Source: Prochlorococcus sp. AG-459-N19 (GTDB lineage: Bacteria; Cyanobacteriota; Cyanobacteriia; PCC-6307; Cyanobiaceae). Taken from it: DNA of 64,000 bases. Below, piece after piece: positions 31,664 through 42,367 of this stretch. The number at the start of each line of letters is the position of its first letter. Position 1 is the first letter of the stretch. The stretch is taken from assembly GCA_003209375.1 (NCBI GenBank), contig QCRF01000005.1, forward strand, positions 5,601 to 69,600. The letters run 5' to 3'. The position numbers were made by a program, and so were the translations under genes. The notes under the pieces are model-generated. The model did no database searches, was not told where the DNA came from, and saw nothing but the letters and a program-made list of their open reading frames with translations.

Positions 31664-32449
31664 CTAAACCTCTTTGGGTTGCATTGGACCATCAAGTTTT
31701 CCATGCCTAAATTGAAATACATAGGGATCTTTACTCTCTTTGAATTCATTAATTGAGCCTGCCCATCTAAATTTACCTCCATAAAGCATTAAAACTTTAT
31801 CTGAAGTTCTTTCTATAGTACTAAGAACATGGCTAACCACAATAGATGATCCGCATGCTTTATTGTTTGTCTTATTAATTAAATCTTCAATTCTTGATGA
31901 GGCAATGGGATCAAGGCCGGCAGTTGGTTCATCAAAAAGTAATAGAGGTTTAGATTTTGCATTAAGAGTTTGATCAGTAATTAATGCTCTAGCAAAACTT
32001 ACTCTTTTTTGCATGCCTCCACTTAATTCATTTGGAAGTTTGTTCTCAATATTAAATAATCCTACCTCAGCTAAGCATTCAAGTACTATTTCATGAATTA
32101 ACTTTTTCGATAGGTTTTTATTTCTTTTAAGGATAAAACCTACATTTTCTTCAATAGTTAGAGATCCTAACAAAGCTGGGTTCTGAAAAACTAGTCTTAC
32201 ATCAGGAGGGTTATTTTGATCTAATCTTAAATATGTTTGCTTCTCACCAAATATTCTTAATTCTCCTTTGGTAGGTAAAATGAGTCCCGCTAATATTTTT
32301 AATATGGTGGATTTACCAGAACCTGAGGGGCCAACAATTGCTAATTTCTCTCCATCATTAAGTTGAAAATTTATTTGATTTAGCACATTAACTTCCCCCC
32401 AACCTATTGAGAGGTTTTTCGTTTCAACTGCATGCTTTGATTTTTTCAA
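31664..32449 (-). CDS. ABC transporter ATPase (MlaF/TGD3-like)
   Basis: GPSGSGKS, LSGGMQKRV, FDEPTAGLDP; adjacent to MlaD-like gene. Confidence 0.92.
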   Translation of the reverse strand: MKKSKHAVETKNLSIGWGEVNVLNQINFQLNDGEKLAIVGPSGSGKSTILKILAGLILPTKGELRIFGEKQTYLRLDQNNPPDVRLVFQNPALLGSLTIEENVGFILKRNKNLSKKLIHEIVLECLAEVGLFNIENKLPNELSGGMQKRVSFARALITDQTLNAKSKPLLLFDEPTAGLDPIASSRIEDLINKTNNKACGSSIVVSHVLSTIERTSDKVLMLYGGKFRWAGSINEFKESKDPYVFQFRHGKLDGPMQPKEV

Positions 32450-32579
32450 AACTTATATAAAAACATCTATTATTCCATTTTGCCTATTTTTAGAAATAAA
32501 AAAAGGATGTATTAATTTGATTTATAATGATCTTATATAGTATTTAAATTTGAGAAAAATAATTTAAGAGGTTTTATTA

Positions 32580-33965
32580 ATGAATAAGCGAAAAAAAAGA
32601 GTTAGAAGATTTTACAAATACCATAAAAAATATAACTTTCATCTATTAAATAAAATTTCAAGAATTTTGAGTTGGTTTTTGCCTGGGCTGGTAATAAAAA
32701 GATGGATGCTGACATCTGCAATAGGTTTTCTTACTTCATTATTAGGTCTTTCAATTTGGACAAATTTAAGCCCCCTTTATTGGTTTACTGAAATATTTTT
32801 TGGAATTTTGACAAGTATAACTAAAATTTTACCCGTTTCATTGCTGGGGCCATTAATTTTTGCTGTTGGACTTGTATTAATTGGGATTGGACAAAATAGA
32901 AGTATAAATTCTATTCAAAAAGCACTTGTTCCAGAAAAAAATACATTTTTAGTTGATGCATTAAGAGTTAAGAGTAAATTAAAAAGAGGTCCTAATATTG
33001 TTGCTATTGGGGGAGGCACAGGTTTATCAACTTTATTGAAGGGCTTAAAAAATTACAGCAGTAATATAACAGCAATCGTAACCGTATCAGATGATGGTGG
33101 AAGTAGTGGAATTCTTAGAAAACAATTAGGCGTCCAACCTCCTGGAGATATTAGAAATTGTTTGGCAGCCTTATCAAATGAAGAACCTATTTTAACTAGA
33201 TTATTTCAGTATAGATTTTCAGAGGGAAGTGGTCTCGAGGGACATAGTTTTGGAAATCTATTCTTATCAGCGTTAACAACTATCACGGGCAGTTTAGAAA
33301 AAGCAGTTCAAGCCTCTAGTAAGGTTTTGGCAGTACAAGGTCAAGTTTTGCCTGCAACAAATATTGATGTTATGTTGTGGGCCGAATTAGAAGACGGTGA
33401 AAAAATTTTTGGTGAAAGCAAAATCAGTAAATCTAAAAAATTAATTTCGAGGATTGGATATCTACCAGAAAATCCTTCAGCTCTTCCAAGTGCTCTTGAA
33501 TCTATAAAAGAAGCTGATTTAATTATTCTTGGCCCAGGTAGTCTATACACTTCTCTATTGCCTAATCTGTTAGTTCCAGAGATAGTAGATGCCTTATTGC
33601 AAAGTAATTCTCCTAAAATTTATATAAGTAATTTGATGACTCAGCCTGGAGAAACAGATGGACTTGATGTCTATCAACATATCAAAGCGATAGAAAAACA
33701 ATTATCAAATTTTGGAGTTAATACTCGAATCTTTAATTCAATCTTATCTCAGATTCAATTTGAAAAGTCTCCATTAGTCGACTATTACGAAAGTAGAGGG
33801 GCAGAGCCTGTCCAATGTAATAAAGAAAAATTATTATCTGAAGGTTATTATGTTTTACAAGCACCATTATATTCGAAAAGAATAACTCCAACTCTCAGAC
33901 ATGATCCAAGGAGATTAGCAAGAGCAGTAATGTTTATTTACCGCAAATTAAAAAAATTAAACTAA
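32580..33965 (+). CDS. yvcK: YvcK/CofD-related UDP-sugar-binding protein with N-terminal membrane anchor
   Basis: [43 protein letters not shown]. Confidence 0.88.
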   Translation: MNKRKKRVRRFYKYHKKYNFHLLNKISRILSWFLPGLVIKRWMLTSAIGFLTSLLGLSIWTNLSPLYWFTEIFFGILTSITKILPVSLLGPLIFAVGLVLIGIGQNRSINSIQKALVPEKNTFLVDALRVKSKLKRGPNIVAIGGGTGLSTLLKGLKNYSSNITAIVTVSDDGGSSGILRKQLGVQPPGDIRNCLAALSNEEPILTRLFQYRFSEGSGLEGHSFGNLFLSALTTITGSLEKAVQASSKVLAVQGQVLPATNIDVMLWAELEDGEKIFGESKISKSKKLISRIGYLPENPSALPSALESIKEADLIILGPGSLYTSLLPNLLVPEIVDALLQSNSPKIYISNLMTQPGETDGLDVYQHIKAIEKQLSNFGVNTRIFNSILSQIQFEKSPLVDYYESRGAEPVQCNKEKLLSEGYYVLQAPLYSKRITPTLRHDPRRLARAVMFIYRKLKKLN

Positions 33966-34492
33966 TAGGCATCTTGAAGTTCATAGAAATCTGGCTGAAT
34001 ATAATCTTTTCGCAATGGCCAACCTCTCCAGTCTTCAGGCATTAAAAGTCTTTTGGGATTTGGATGATCAATAAAATTTATACCAAACATGTCATATGTT
34101 TCTCTTTCTTGCCAATCGCTTCCTTTGAAAATTTTATACAAACTAGGAATTGATATATCAGAATCTCTTTTTAGAAAAACTTTTAATCTGACTTCTTTAA
34201 TCTTTTCTATCTTTTGTAAGTCATCAATAGTTATAAAATGATAGAAACTTACAAGATTTTTCCCTGGGCCTTCATCATAGCCACCTTGACATTGAAGATA
34301 GTTGAAACCGTAATTTTTCAAAGCAGATACAGCTTCATATAGTTTGTTGGGTTCCACAGAAATATTTTCAATTCCTATGTGATCTTCAGATAAAGATCTA
34401 TTTGGAATTCCATCTCTAGACAAAGATTGACTAATAATCCCTTCTTTTTCTATTGAAATATCTGAGGATTTATCTAAACCGTCTTTTTCCAT
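33962..34492 (-). CDS. ndhJ: NDH-1 subunit J
   Basis: [31 protein letters not shown]. Confidence 0.97.
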   Translation of the reverse strand: MEKDGLDKSSDISIEKEGIISQSLSRDGIPNRSLSEDHIGIENISVEPNKLYEAVSALKNYGFNYLQCQGGYDEGPGKNLVSFYHFITIDDLQKIEKIKEVRLKVFLKRDSDISIPSLYKIFKGSDWQERETYDMFGINFIDHPNPKRLLMPEDWRGWPLRKDYIQPDFYELQDAY

Positions 34493-35226
34493 TAATTTTC
34501 TTCAGTATTTATGATTTCATTTTTTTCAGTGTTTTCAGGCAATTCAGTTATTTTTTCCTTTTTGGAGGAAGAAATGGCGTTAGCTGAAGTTTTATTTAGA
34601 TATTCACCTGTATTTTCTGAGAAAACAAGATTCATTTCGTGATCAGATGTTATGTATCTATGAGTTTGTTCTGTTTTTGTGCGCTCTAAAATTGATTCAT
34701 TACCAACTTTTTTTCTTAATTTAATTACGGCATCAAAAATTGCTTCTGGTCTTGGTGGGCACCCTGGGAGATATAAATCTACTGGTATCAATTTATCAAC
34801 TCCTCTTACAGCAGTTGTAGAATCTGCACTGAACATTCCTCCTGTGATTGTGCAAGCACCCATAGCGATAACATACTTTGGTTCAGGCATTTGTTCATAA
34901 AGTCTTACTAGTGCTGGAGCCATCTTCATCGTTACTGTTCCTGCAACTATTAATAAATCTGCTTGCCTTGGCGAACTTCTAGGTACTAATCCAAATCTAT
35001 CAAAATCAAATCTAGATCCGATTAAGGCCGCAAATTCTATAAAACAACAAGCTGTTCCATACAAGAGGGGCCATAGACTACTTAGTCTAGCCCAATTATG
35101 AAGGTCGTCTAAACTTGTCAATATAATATTTTCGCTTAAATCTGTAGTAACTTGTGGTGCACCAAGAGGATTGCAAGTTCCTTCTCGGATTTCTCTTATT
35201 GCTTTTGGGGATAATTGTGGATTCAA
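34492..35226 (-). CDS. ndhK: NDH-1 subunit K
   Basis: [23 protein letters not shown]. Confidence 0.98.
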   Translation of the reverse strand: MNPQLSPKAIREIREGTCNPLGAPQVTTDLSENIILTSLDDLHNWARLSSLWPLLYGTACCFIEFAALIGSRFDFDRFGLVPRSSPRQADLLIVAGTVTMKMAPALVRLYEQMPEPKYVIAMGACTITGGMFSADSTTAVRGVDKLIPVDLYLPGCPPRPEAIFDAVIKLRKKVGNESILERTKTEQTHRYITSDHEMNLVFSENTGEYLNKTSANAISSSKKEKITELPENTEKNEIINTEEN

Positions 35227-35230
35227 TTTT

Positions 35231-35593
35231 TTAACTCCATTCTAGAGCACCTTTTCTCCATGCGTATGCCAGAGCAATAACAAGTATTGCAATGAAAATT
35301 AAAGCCTCAATAAAAGCTAATAAGCCTAATCTATTGAAGGCAATAGCCCAAGGATAAAGGAATACCGTCTCAACATCAAATATAACGAAAACCAAGGCAA
35401 ACATGTAATAACGAATATTAAATTGAATCCATGCTCCTCCTATAGGCTCCATCCCAGATTCATAGGTAAGTTTTCTTTCTCCTGTTCTGGTTTTTGGGGC
35501 AACGATAAGATTAGTAACTAGAGCTAATATTGGTACTGCTGCGGCAATGAGAAGAAAACCTAAAAAATATTCATAGCCAGTTAATAAAAACAT
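35231..35593 (-). CDS. ndhC: NDH-1 subunit C
   Basis: [29 protein letters not shown]. Confidence 0.98.
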   Translation of the reverse strand: MFLLTGYEYFLGFLLIAAAVPILALVTNLIVAPKTRTGERKLTYESGMEPIGGAWIQFNIRYYMFALVFVIFDVETVFLYPWAIAFNRLGLLAFIEALIFIAILVIALAYAWRKGALEWS

Positions 35594-35670
35594 CTTAAAA
35601 AATTAATTTTGAATAAAAGTCGCTTAATTAAGCAAAATCTTTTAAAGTTCTTAAAGAACAATAATAAACC

Positions 35671-36099
35671 GTGAGTGAAAACATTCAACCAGCCTCTGAG
35701 GAAAACAAAATAGTTGAAGATTTTGAGAAAGGAAACCTTTCTGAAAACTCCACAGGAGTAAATGTTGAACAACCCACACTTAATTTAGAACAAAATAGAT
35801 TCGAATGTAGAAGTTGTGGATACATTTATGATCCGTCTGAAGGAAATAAAAAATTAAATATACCCAAAAATACTCCTTTTTCAGAGTTGGATGGGAATAC
35901 TTTCGCTTGCCCTGTTTGTAGAGCCGGTAAAAATTTTTATAAGGATATTGGATCTAGAGCAAAACCTAGTGGATTTGAAGAGAATTTAGTTTATGGATTT
36001 GGATTTAATAGTTTACCTCCTGGACAAAAAAATATATTGATTTTTGGAGGGTTGGCGTTTGCTGCTGCTATGTTCCTTTCTTTGTACTCTTTGCATTAA
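35671..36099 (+). CDS. rubA: Membrane-anchored rubredoxin
   Basis: CRSCGYIYDP and CPVC; C-terminal TM; upstream of ycf48-psbEFLJ. Confidence 0.93.
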   Translation: MSENIQPASEENKIVEDFEKGNLSENSTGVNVEQPTLNLEQNRFECRSCGYIYDPSEGNKKLNIPKNTPFSELDGNTFACPVCRAGKNFYKDIGSRAKPSGFEENLVYGFGFNSLPPGQKNILIFGGLAFAAAMFLSLYSLH

Positions 36100-36108
36100 T
36101 ATAATTAA

Positions 36109-37122
36109 ATGAAAAATTTTTTTACCAGTATTCCTAATCTTCTTTTATCAGTAGTTCTCTGTTTTGTTTTAAGCAGTTGTTCATCTACAGGTGTCAAGAT
36201 GAATGAAAGCAGCCCTTGGAAAACAATTCAGTTTGAAGATCAAGCTAACGCTTTAGATGTTGATTTTATAGATAATAATCATGGGTTTTTAGTAGGCTCA
36301 AACAGATTGATTATGGAATCTACTGATGGTGGCGAAACATGGGAAAAAAGATCATTAGATATTTCTGCTGAAGAGAACTTTCGCCTTCTCGATATTGATT
36401 TCAAGGGTTCTGAAGGTTGGTTAATAGGGCAACCCTCTCTTGTAATGCATACTTTCGATGAAGGTAAAAATTGGACTAGGCTTTCACTTGGAAAGTTACC
36501 AGGCCAGCCTTTTTTGGTTACTACTATTGATAAAGGAGTTGCTCAATTGGCGACAACCTCAGCAGCTATTTATGAAACTTCCAATAGCGGTGAAACATGG
36601 GAGGCAAAAGTATCAGACCCTTCGGAACAGGGAGGTATAAGAGATTTAAGAAGAACATCTAGCGGTGATTATGTAAGCGTAAGCAGTCTCGGAAATTTCT
36701 TCTCTACTCTTGATAGTGATAGCAATACTTGGATTGCTCACCAAAGAGCAAGTAGTAAGAGAGTGCAAAGCATTGGTTTCAATCCAGAAGGAAGTCTATG
36801 GATGCTTTCAAGGGGTGCGGAAATTAGATTTAATGAAGATTCTAATAATCTTGAAAGTTGGTCAAAGCCTATAATCCCTATTCTTAATGGTTACAATTAT
36901 TTAGATATGGGATGGGATCCAAATGGTGACATATGGGCTGGCGGTGGTAACGGCACTTTAATAGTAAGTAAAGATCAAGGTGAAACTTGGAATTCAGATC
37001 CTCTTGCTTCTGCATTGCCTACTAACTATATAAAGATAGTTTTCCTCGATAAGGATTCTTTAGATAATCAAAAAGGATTCATACTTGGCGAGCGTGGTTA
37101 CATTCTTAAATGGAATGGCTAA
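36109..37122 (+). CDS. ycf48: PSII assembly factor Ycf48
   Basis: Lipobox LSSC, BNR repeats (S.DGGETW), synteny with psbEFLJ. Confidence 0.95.
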   Translation: MKNFFTSIPNLLLSVVLCFVLSSCSSTGVKMNESSPWKTIQFEDQANALDVDFIDNNHGFLVGSNRLIMESTDGGETWEKRSLDISAEENFRLLDIDFKGSEGWLIGQPSLVMHTFDEGKNWTRLSLGKLPGQPFLVTTIDKGVAQLATTSAAIYETSNSGETWEAKVSDPSEQGGIRDLRRTSSGDYVSVSSLGNFFSTLDSDSNTWIAHQRASSKRVQSIGFNPEGSLWMLSRGAEIRFNEDSNNLESWSKPIIPILNGYNYLDMGWDPNGDIWAGGGNGTLIVSKDQGETWNSDPLASALPTNYIKIVFLDKDSLDNQKGFILGERGYILKWNG

Positions 37123-37259
37123 AACTGCAAAAACTTAAGAAAATAATAAAAAAAATCTTAATTTTGGATGAATTTAACAACTGTCTGTAACCAAGCTGTT
37201 AATTTCTTCGCGAACTTATGATTTTACACTGTAAGATCGTATGGTAAACATTTGTGATT

Positions 37260-37508
37260 ATGGCCGCAGGTTCAACGGGTGAACGCCCATTCTTTGAAAT
37301 AATCACCAGTATTAGGTACTGGATTATTCATGCAGTAACATTACCAGCTATTTTTATAGCAGGCTTCTTATTCGTATACACAGGTTTGGCTTACGACGCT
37401 TTCGGTACTCCTCGTCCTGATAGTTACTTTCAGGCATCTGAATCAAAAGCTCCTGTTGTAACACAAAGATTTGATGCGAAGTCCCAACTTGATTTAAGAA
37501 CAAAATAA
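37260..37508 (+). CDS. psbE: Cytochrome b559 alpha
   Basis: [27 protein letters not shown]. Confidence 0.98.
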   Translation: MAAGSTGERPFFEIITSIRYWIIHAVTLPAIFIAGFLFVYTGLAYDAFGTPRPDSYFQASESKAPVVTQRFDAKSQLDLRTK

Positions 37509-37510
37509 CT

Positions 37511-37657
37511 ATGTCTAATTCTCAAGCTCCAATGCAGGCTGCGGAAGTCCGCGTTTATCCCATATTTACTGTTCGTTGGCTGGCAGTGCACGCTTTAGCT
37601 ATTCCATCAGTATTCTTTTTGGGTTCCATTGCTGCTATGCAATTCGTTGCCCGATAA
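37511..37657 (+). CDS. psbF: Cytochrome b559 beta
   Basis: Manual translation: [48 protein letters not shown]. Confidence 0.97.
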
Positions 37658-37668
37658 ATTTAACAATC

Positions 37669-37788
37669 ATGCAAGTAAACGAAAATCCTAACAAAGTTCC
37701 CGTTGAACTTAATCGTACAAGCCTTTATTTAGGCTTATTATCAGTCTTTGTATTGGGAATTTTATTTTCCAGTTACTTTTTCAATTAA
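37669..37788 (+). CDS. psbL: Photosystem II protein L
   Basis: [39 protein letters not shown]; true start ATG 37669. Confidence 0.97.
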
Positions 37789-37797
37789 ATTAAAACT

Positions 37798-37995
37798 ATG
37801 AGTAAATTAAAAGGACCTGATGGAAGAATTCCAGATAGACTTCCCGATGGTAGACCAGCAGTTGCATGGGAAAGAAGATGGACTGAAGGGACTCTTCCTC
37901 TATGGCTTGTTGCTACAGCAGGTGGCATTGCAGTTATCTTCGTTTTAGGTATATTCTTCTATGGTTCATACCAAGGTGTTGGAGCCGGAGGCTAA
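37798..37995 (+). CDS. psbJ: Photosystem II protein J
   Basis: [10 protein letters not shown]...[10 protein letters not shown] with N-terminal extension. Confidence 0.96.
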   Translation: MSKLKGPDGRIPDRLPDGRPAVAWERRWTEGTLPLWLVATAGGIAVIFVLGIFFYGSYQGVGAGG

Positions 37996-38038
37996 CAAAA
38001 CCTTACCTCGACCTGATAATCACTTATACCAAATAATC

Positions 38039-38932
38039 CTAATAAGAATCAGTAAATATCCTTAGTTTCTCTTTTGTGGAGCTTGGGATATTTTCTTTTT
38101 GGGTTATCAATCCATCTTTTAATGAAAAATGAGACTTACTTTTTGGTCTTTCTTTTTCAATTAATTTAGCTACTTCAAATATTATTTTATTAGCCACTTC
38201 AGTATTTGATCTGAGATTATCCAAAACCATCTCTACCGAAACTTCTTGATGAGTTTGATGCCAGCAATCATAATCAGTAACCATAGATAAGGAGGAGTAA
38301 GCTATTTCAGCTTCTTTAGCTAATCTTGCTTCTGTGTGGTTAGTCATTCCAATTATTGAACATCCCCAACTCCTATATAAATTAGATTCTGCTCTAGTTG
38401 AGAAAGCGGGACCTTCCATCGCTAGATAAGTACCCCCTCTATGCAATTGTCTACCGCCAGGAATATTTTTTTCTCCGATTTCACTTAATATACGTGATAA
38501 ATTTGTGCAGAAGGGATCCCCCATAGTTACGTGAGCAACAGCTCCTTCGTTAAAGAAGGTTGCAGGTCTATTTTTTGTCCGGTCTATAAATTGATCTGGA
38601 ACCACTATATCAAGTGGCCTTATCTGTTCTTGTAATGAACCAACTGCTGATGGAGCAATAATCCATCTTACTCCTAATGATCTTAGAGCCCAAATATTAG
38701 CTTTGTAAGGGATTTCAGAGGGATTTAAACTATGTTTTCTGCCATGTCTAGGAATAAATGCTATCTCTAAGTTTCTAAGATTATATACTTTTATTGAATC
38801 AGAAGGTTTACCATAGGGAGTATTGATTTCTAGTTCTCTTAAGTACTCTAATTGATCCATTGAATAAAATCCACTTCCACCAATCACTCCTAATCTTGAT
38901 TTTTCAATTGGTAATAAATGTTCTTTATTCAT
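38039..38932 (-). CDS. mtnP: S-methyl-5'-thioadenosine phosphorylase
   Basis: GVIGGSG, PRHG, ANIWAL, AVGSL, MEGPAFSTRAES, GMT, VTDYDCW. Confidence 0.95.
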   Translation of the reverse strand: MNKEHLLPIEKSRLGVIGGSGFYSMDQLEYLRELEINTPYGKPSDSIKVYNLRNLEIAFIPRHGRKHSLNPSEIPYKANIWALRSLGVRWIIAPSAVGSLQEQIRPLDIVVPDQFIDRTKNRPATFFNEGAVAHVTMGDPFCTNLSRILSEIGEKNIPGGRQLHRGGTYLAMEGPAFSTRAESNLYRSWGCSIIGMTNHTEARLAKEAEIAYSSLSMVTDYDCWHQTHQEVSVEMVLDNLRSNTEVANKIIFEVAKLIEKERPKSKSHFSLKDGLITQKENIPSSTKEKLRIFTDSY

Positions 38933-38942
38933 AATAATGTAA

Positions 38943-41114
38943 ATGACTTTTAATCATCTGGTACTAATTGGAGGAGGACACTCAAATGTTTCTTTATTAA
39001 AGAAATGGTTAATGTTTCCGAAATTAATGCCAGAAATTCCTGTTTCAATTATATCTAGAGATTCTCATTTGGTTTATTCGGCTATATTCCCATCGGTGAT
39101 TTCAAAATCAATCACTTTAGAAGAGAGTTTAATAGATATAAAATCTTTAGCAAAAAATGCACAAGTATCTTTTATAGAAGAAGAAGTAAAGGATATTGAT
39201 TTCAATTTAAAGAAAATTGTTTTAAGTAATAGACCTTCAGTTAATTATTCGAAGTTGGTGCTTAATTATGGAAGTCAAACAATAATTCCAAAAGAATTTG
39301 AATCACTAGTTAAAAATCGAAATGCTTTTTCAATTAAACCTTTTTTAAGGGCTTATGACTCAATACTAAAAGAGGATATTTTTGATTCAGTTAATGAACT
39401 TCCATTTGTAATTGTTGGGAGTGGCCTTGCTGCAATTGAAGTATCATATGCTTTGAGAAAAAGATGGGGAGATAGACCTTTAAAACTATTATGCGATCCA
39501 AGAAAAATTAATAATACAATTCTAAAAAGTTTACGGAATTCTAATATTGATTTAGTTGAAAAACTTGATTTTGATTATGGCAAGATTCTTTTGTGTACTG
39601 GAAATACATCTCCGTTATGGGTACAAAAAAAATTATTAGATTCGGATTCTTATGGCAGAATAATTACAAATCAGAATTTGCAGATAAAAAGTTTCTCTGG
39701 AATCTTTGCTGTCGGTGATTGCGCAGTTGTAGGTTCAGCAAAAAGACCAGCATCAGGAGTTTTTGCAGTAAAAGTTGTAAATACTTTAGTACAAAATCTA
39801 AAAAAAGATATCGAAGGGAGATCATTACAAAAGTGGTTTCCTCAAAAGATCGGATTGCAAATAGTAAATATATTTCCAAGCCATCATCCAAAGGCTTTTG
39901 CTATTTACCGCAAGTTTGTTTTCGGCCCTTCTTTTATTTTTTGGATTTTAAAGCATAAAATTGATCTCAACTTTATTAAAAAGTTCAGATCAAAAAGGCT
40001 AATTATGAAAAGTAGTGAAAAAAGTATTTCATTGAATGATTGCAGAGGATGTGCAGCTAAAATTCCTCAATTTGTTTTGAATAAATCATTAATAAATTCT
40101 AATTTAAATTCTTTTGCCTCATCACCTGAAGATTCAGTTGAGATATATCAAAGTGGTCAAGATATTATCTTGCAAAGTGTAGATGGATTTCCTGCTTTGG
40201 TAAGTGATCCTTGGCTTAATGCAAAAATTACTACTTTGCATGCCTGCTCAGATTTGTGGGCATGCGGAGCAAAACTTTCATCCGCGCAGGCTTTAATTTC
40301 ATTACCAAAAGTTGAAAGGGAATTTCAGGGTTACCTATTTTCTCAATCACTTCAAGGTATTAAATCAACAGTTGAGGATCATGGAGGTGAATTACTTGGA
40401 GGCCATACTTTCGAGGCAAGAAGTTTAGTAAATAAACCTTATTCATTAGGAATAGATATTTCTTTAACAGTTCAAGGTATTTTAAAAAATGGAGAAAAAC
40501 CATGGCTTAAATCTGGAATGAATGTTGGAGATATTCTCATGATGTCTAGGCCTCTGGGCGTTGGGATTTACTTTGCCGGACAAATGCAAAATATTAATAT
40601 GCTAGGTAGTTCTTCTGAAGTAATTAATAATTTAGTGAATAGTCAGCAATATTTGATTGATGAAATTTATCTTTTTCAAAATCAATTTAAAGAATCATTA
40701 GTCAATGCTGCGACTGACATTACTGGATATGGATTTATTGGACATCTTAAAGAAATGGTTGAATCATCTAATTTATATAGGCAAAGCAATAATCTTGAGG
40801 AACTAAAAGTTTTATTAGATTTATTTGCTTTTAAAGCTTATCCTGGAGTTTTTGATTTGATAAGAAAAGATATTAAAAGTACTTTCTTTGAATCCAATAA
40901 AGAAATTTTTGACAAGATTTATAAAGTAAATAAGAAAAAAAGAATAATTAATTTTTTAAACGAAAATTCATTAGATCAAGAGACTTTTAACGAGAGATTA
41001 TCATTACTATTAGATCCTCAAACATGTGGACCCTTGTTGATTAGTTGCAATCGTAAATATGAAAATGTTCTAAAGGATAAATGGTACAAGGTTGGAGAAG
41101 TTGTAAAAATGTAG
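38943..41114 (+). CDS. selD: Fusion: FAD-dependent oxidoreductase plus selenophosphate synthetase
   Basis: N-terminal VLIGGGHS, GSGLAAIE, FAVGDCA; C-terminal CRGCAAK, QSVDGF, HACSDLWACG, GGHT, TDITGYG, DPQTCGPLL. Confidence 0.9.
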   Translation: MTFNHLVLIGGGHSNVSLLKKWLMFPKLMPEIPVSIISRDSHLVYSAIFPSVISKSITLEESLIDIKSLAKNAQVSFIEEEVKDIDFNLKKIVLSNRPSVNYSKLVLNYGSQTIIPKEFESLVKNRNAFSIKPFLRAYDSILKEDIFDSVNELPFVIVGSGLAAIEVSYALRKRWGDRPLKLLCDPRKINNTILKSLRNSNIDLVEKLDFDYGKILLCTGNTSPLWVQKKLLDSDSYGRIITNQNLQIKSFSGIFAVGDCAVVGSAKRPASGVFAVKVVNTLVQNLKKDIEGRSLQKWFPQKIGLQIVNIFPSHHPKAFAIYRKFVFGPSFIFWILKHKIDLNFIKKFRSKRLIMKSSEKSISLNDCRGCAAKIPQFVLNKSLINSNLNSFASSPEDSVEIYQSGQDIILQSVDGFPALVSDPWLNAKITTLHACSDLWACGAKLSSAQALISLPKVEREFQGYLFSQSLQGIKSTVEDHGGELLGGHTFEARSLVNKPYSLGIDISLTVQGILKNGEKPWLKSGMNVGDILMMSRPLGVGIYFAGQMQNINMLGSSSEVINNLVNSQQYLIDEIYLFQNQFKESLVNAATDITGYGFIGHLKEMVESSNLYRQSNNLEELKVLLDLFAFKAYPGVFDLIRKDIKSTFFESNKEIFDKIYKVNKKKRIINFLNENSLDQETFNERLSLLLDPQTCGPLLISCNRKYENVLKDKWYKVGEVVKM

Positions 41115-42362
41115 TTAATTTCTATTTAATTTGTCAATTTCCAAATATCTTAATCTTTTGATTTCCTTTCCCATCTCCTTCCCTGGGCCCCATCCTTCTT
41201 TTTTTAATGTTTCTCCATCTTTTTTTGATTTTATGAATTTGTAAATAAATAACCACTTAAACAAGTTGCGCCAGTATGGACCTCCATCACAAATTAATAA
41301 TTTGACTGTTTCATCATTAAGGTTTCTGTCCTCAATAAATTCTGTCCAACTTGATGGAGAAAAATGATTGAATTGTTTTGGGTTGGTTTTTAATATCTTT
41401 TTTATATTTGAATAATCTTCTAATATTTTTATCTCACTATTATTTACCAAAAATCTTTGACATGCTGTTTCTACATCTTTTGAATCTTTTAACAAGTAAA
41501 GCATATAATTTCCATTCAACTTTTTAATCCAATTTAGTCCTCTTAAAAACCTTTTATCGACCTTAATATTTTCATTTAATATTGAGATAATTTCCCATTT
41601 ATGAATTATCGAAATTACATTATTCAAATTATCATGTTTGCATATTTCAGCTAGTTCCATCCTTATTCGTATGCCGAGTGCAGGAGGGTAAATCATTTTC
41701 TGATGACTTTCTGAAATTTTCCATGGCCATTGTCTAACTGTTTCTTGTGATTGTTTGAGGGAATTATTTGAAATATTGAAATCTAACCTTGAAGCATATT
41801 TTGCACACCTAATTAATCTACTTGGATCATCTGAAATACTTTTACTATGAAGTAGGTTCAATTTTTTGCTTTTTATATCAGAAATTCCTCCATAAAGATC
41901 ATAGATTTTCCTTGCCGAGACCTCGTAAGCTATTGAGTTTATCGTGAAATCTCTTCTTTTAAGATCATCCTCAATATTACTACTAGTTACTGTGGGATTT
42001 AAGCCTGGAGCAGAATAAATCTCTTTTCTTGCAGAAGCAATATCAATTTTATAGTCATTAATATTTATTTCTACTGTGTTGTATAAATTAAATTCCTTTA
42101 TTAAACATAAATCTACATTGACAACATTTTTTTTTATAAATTTTGCCAGAGAGATAGAGGAACCTTCAATAACAAGATCTATATCTACAGGTTTAGAAAA
42201 AGATTTTTTATGGAATTTACTAATTAATAAATCTCTTAAATAACCGCCTACAAAAGCCACTTTAATATTGTTATTAAATTCTATGTATTTAGTAATAATG
42301 TTATATAAATTAAATGGAGTTTTGATTAATTCTGTTTGGATGTAATCAGAGATGTCATTCAT
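41115..42362 (-). CDS. Class II tRNA nucleotidyltransferase (probably A-adding type)
   Basis: VGGYLRD, DIDL, ARKEIY..PG..P.V, RRDFTINS, DDPSR. Confidence 0.9.
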   Translation of the reverse strand: MNDISDYIQTELIKTPFNLYNIITKYIEFNNNIKVAFVGGYLRDLLISKFHKKSFSKPVDIDLVIEGSSISLAKFIKKNVVNVDLCLIKEFNLYNTVEININDYKIDIASARKEIYSAPGLNPTVTSSNIEDDLKRRDFTINSIAYEVSARKIYDLYGGISDIKSKKLNLLHSKSISDDPSRLIRCAKYASRLDFNISNNSLKQSQETVRQWPWKISESHQKMIYPPALGIRIRMELAEICKHDNLNNVISIIHKWEIISILNENIKVDKRFLRGLNWIKKLNGNYMLYLLKDSKDVETACQRFLVNNSEIKILEDYSNIKKILKTNPKQFNHFSPSSWTEFIEDRNLNDETVKLLICDGGPYWRNLFKWLFIYKFIKSKKDGETLKKEGWGPGKEMGKEIKRLRYLEIDKLNRN

Positions 42363-42367
42363 TAGTT

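Noticed and set aside
37576-37668. Apparent N-terminal extension of PsbL
   Set aside because: Overlaps psbF in another frame; the real start is ATG 37669. Same reasoning applied to the extended starts of hisB, rdgB and petB.
38024-38041. Premature stop or read-through at the mtnP end (TAG then four codons and TAA)
   Set aside because: All catalytic motifs precede the stop and the length is normal; no evidence beyond coincidence.
40041-40061. Selenocysteine recoding in SelD
   Set aside because: Both positions are ordinary Cys codons (TGC, TGT) and the ORF has no in-frame TGA.
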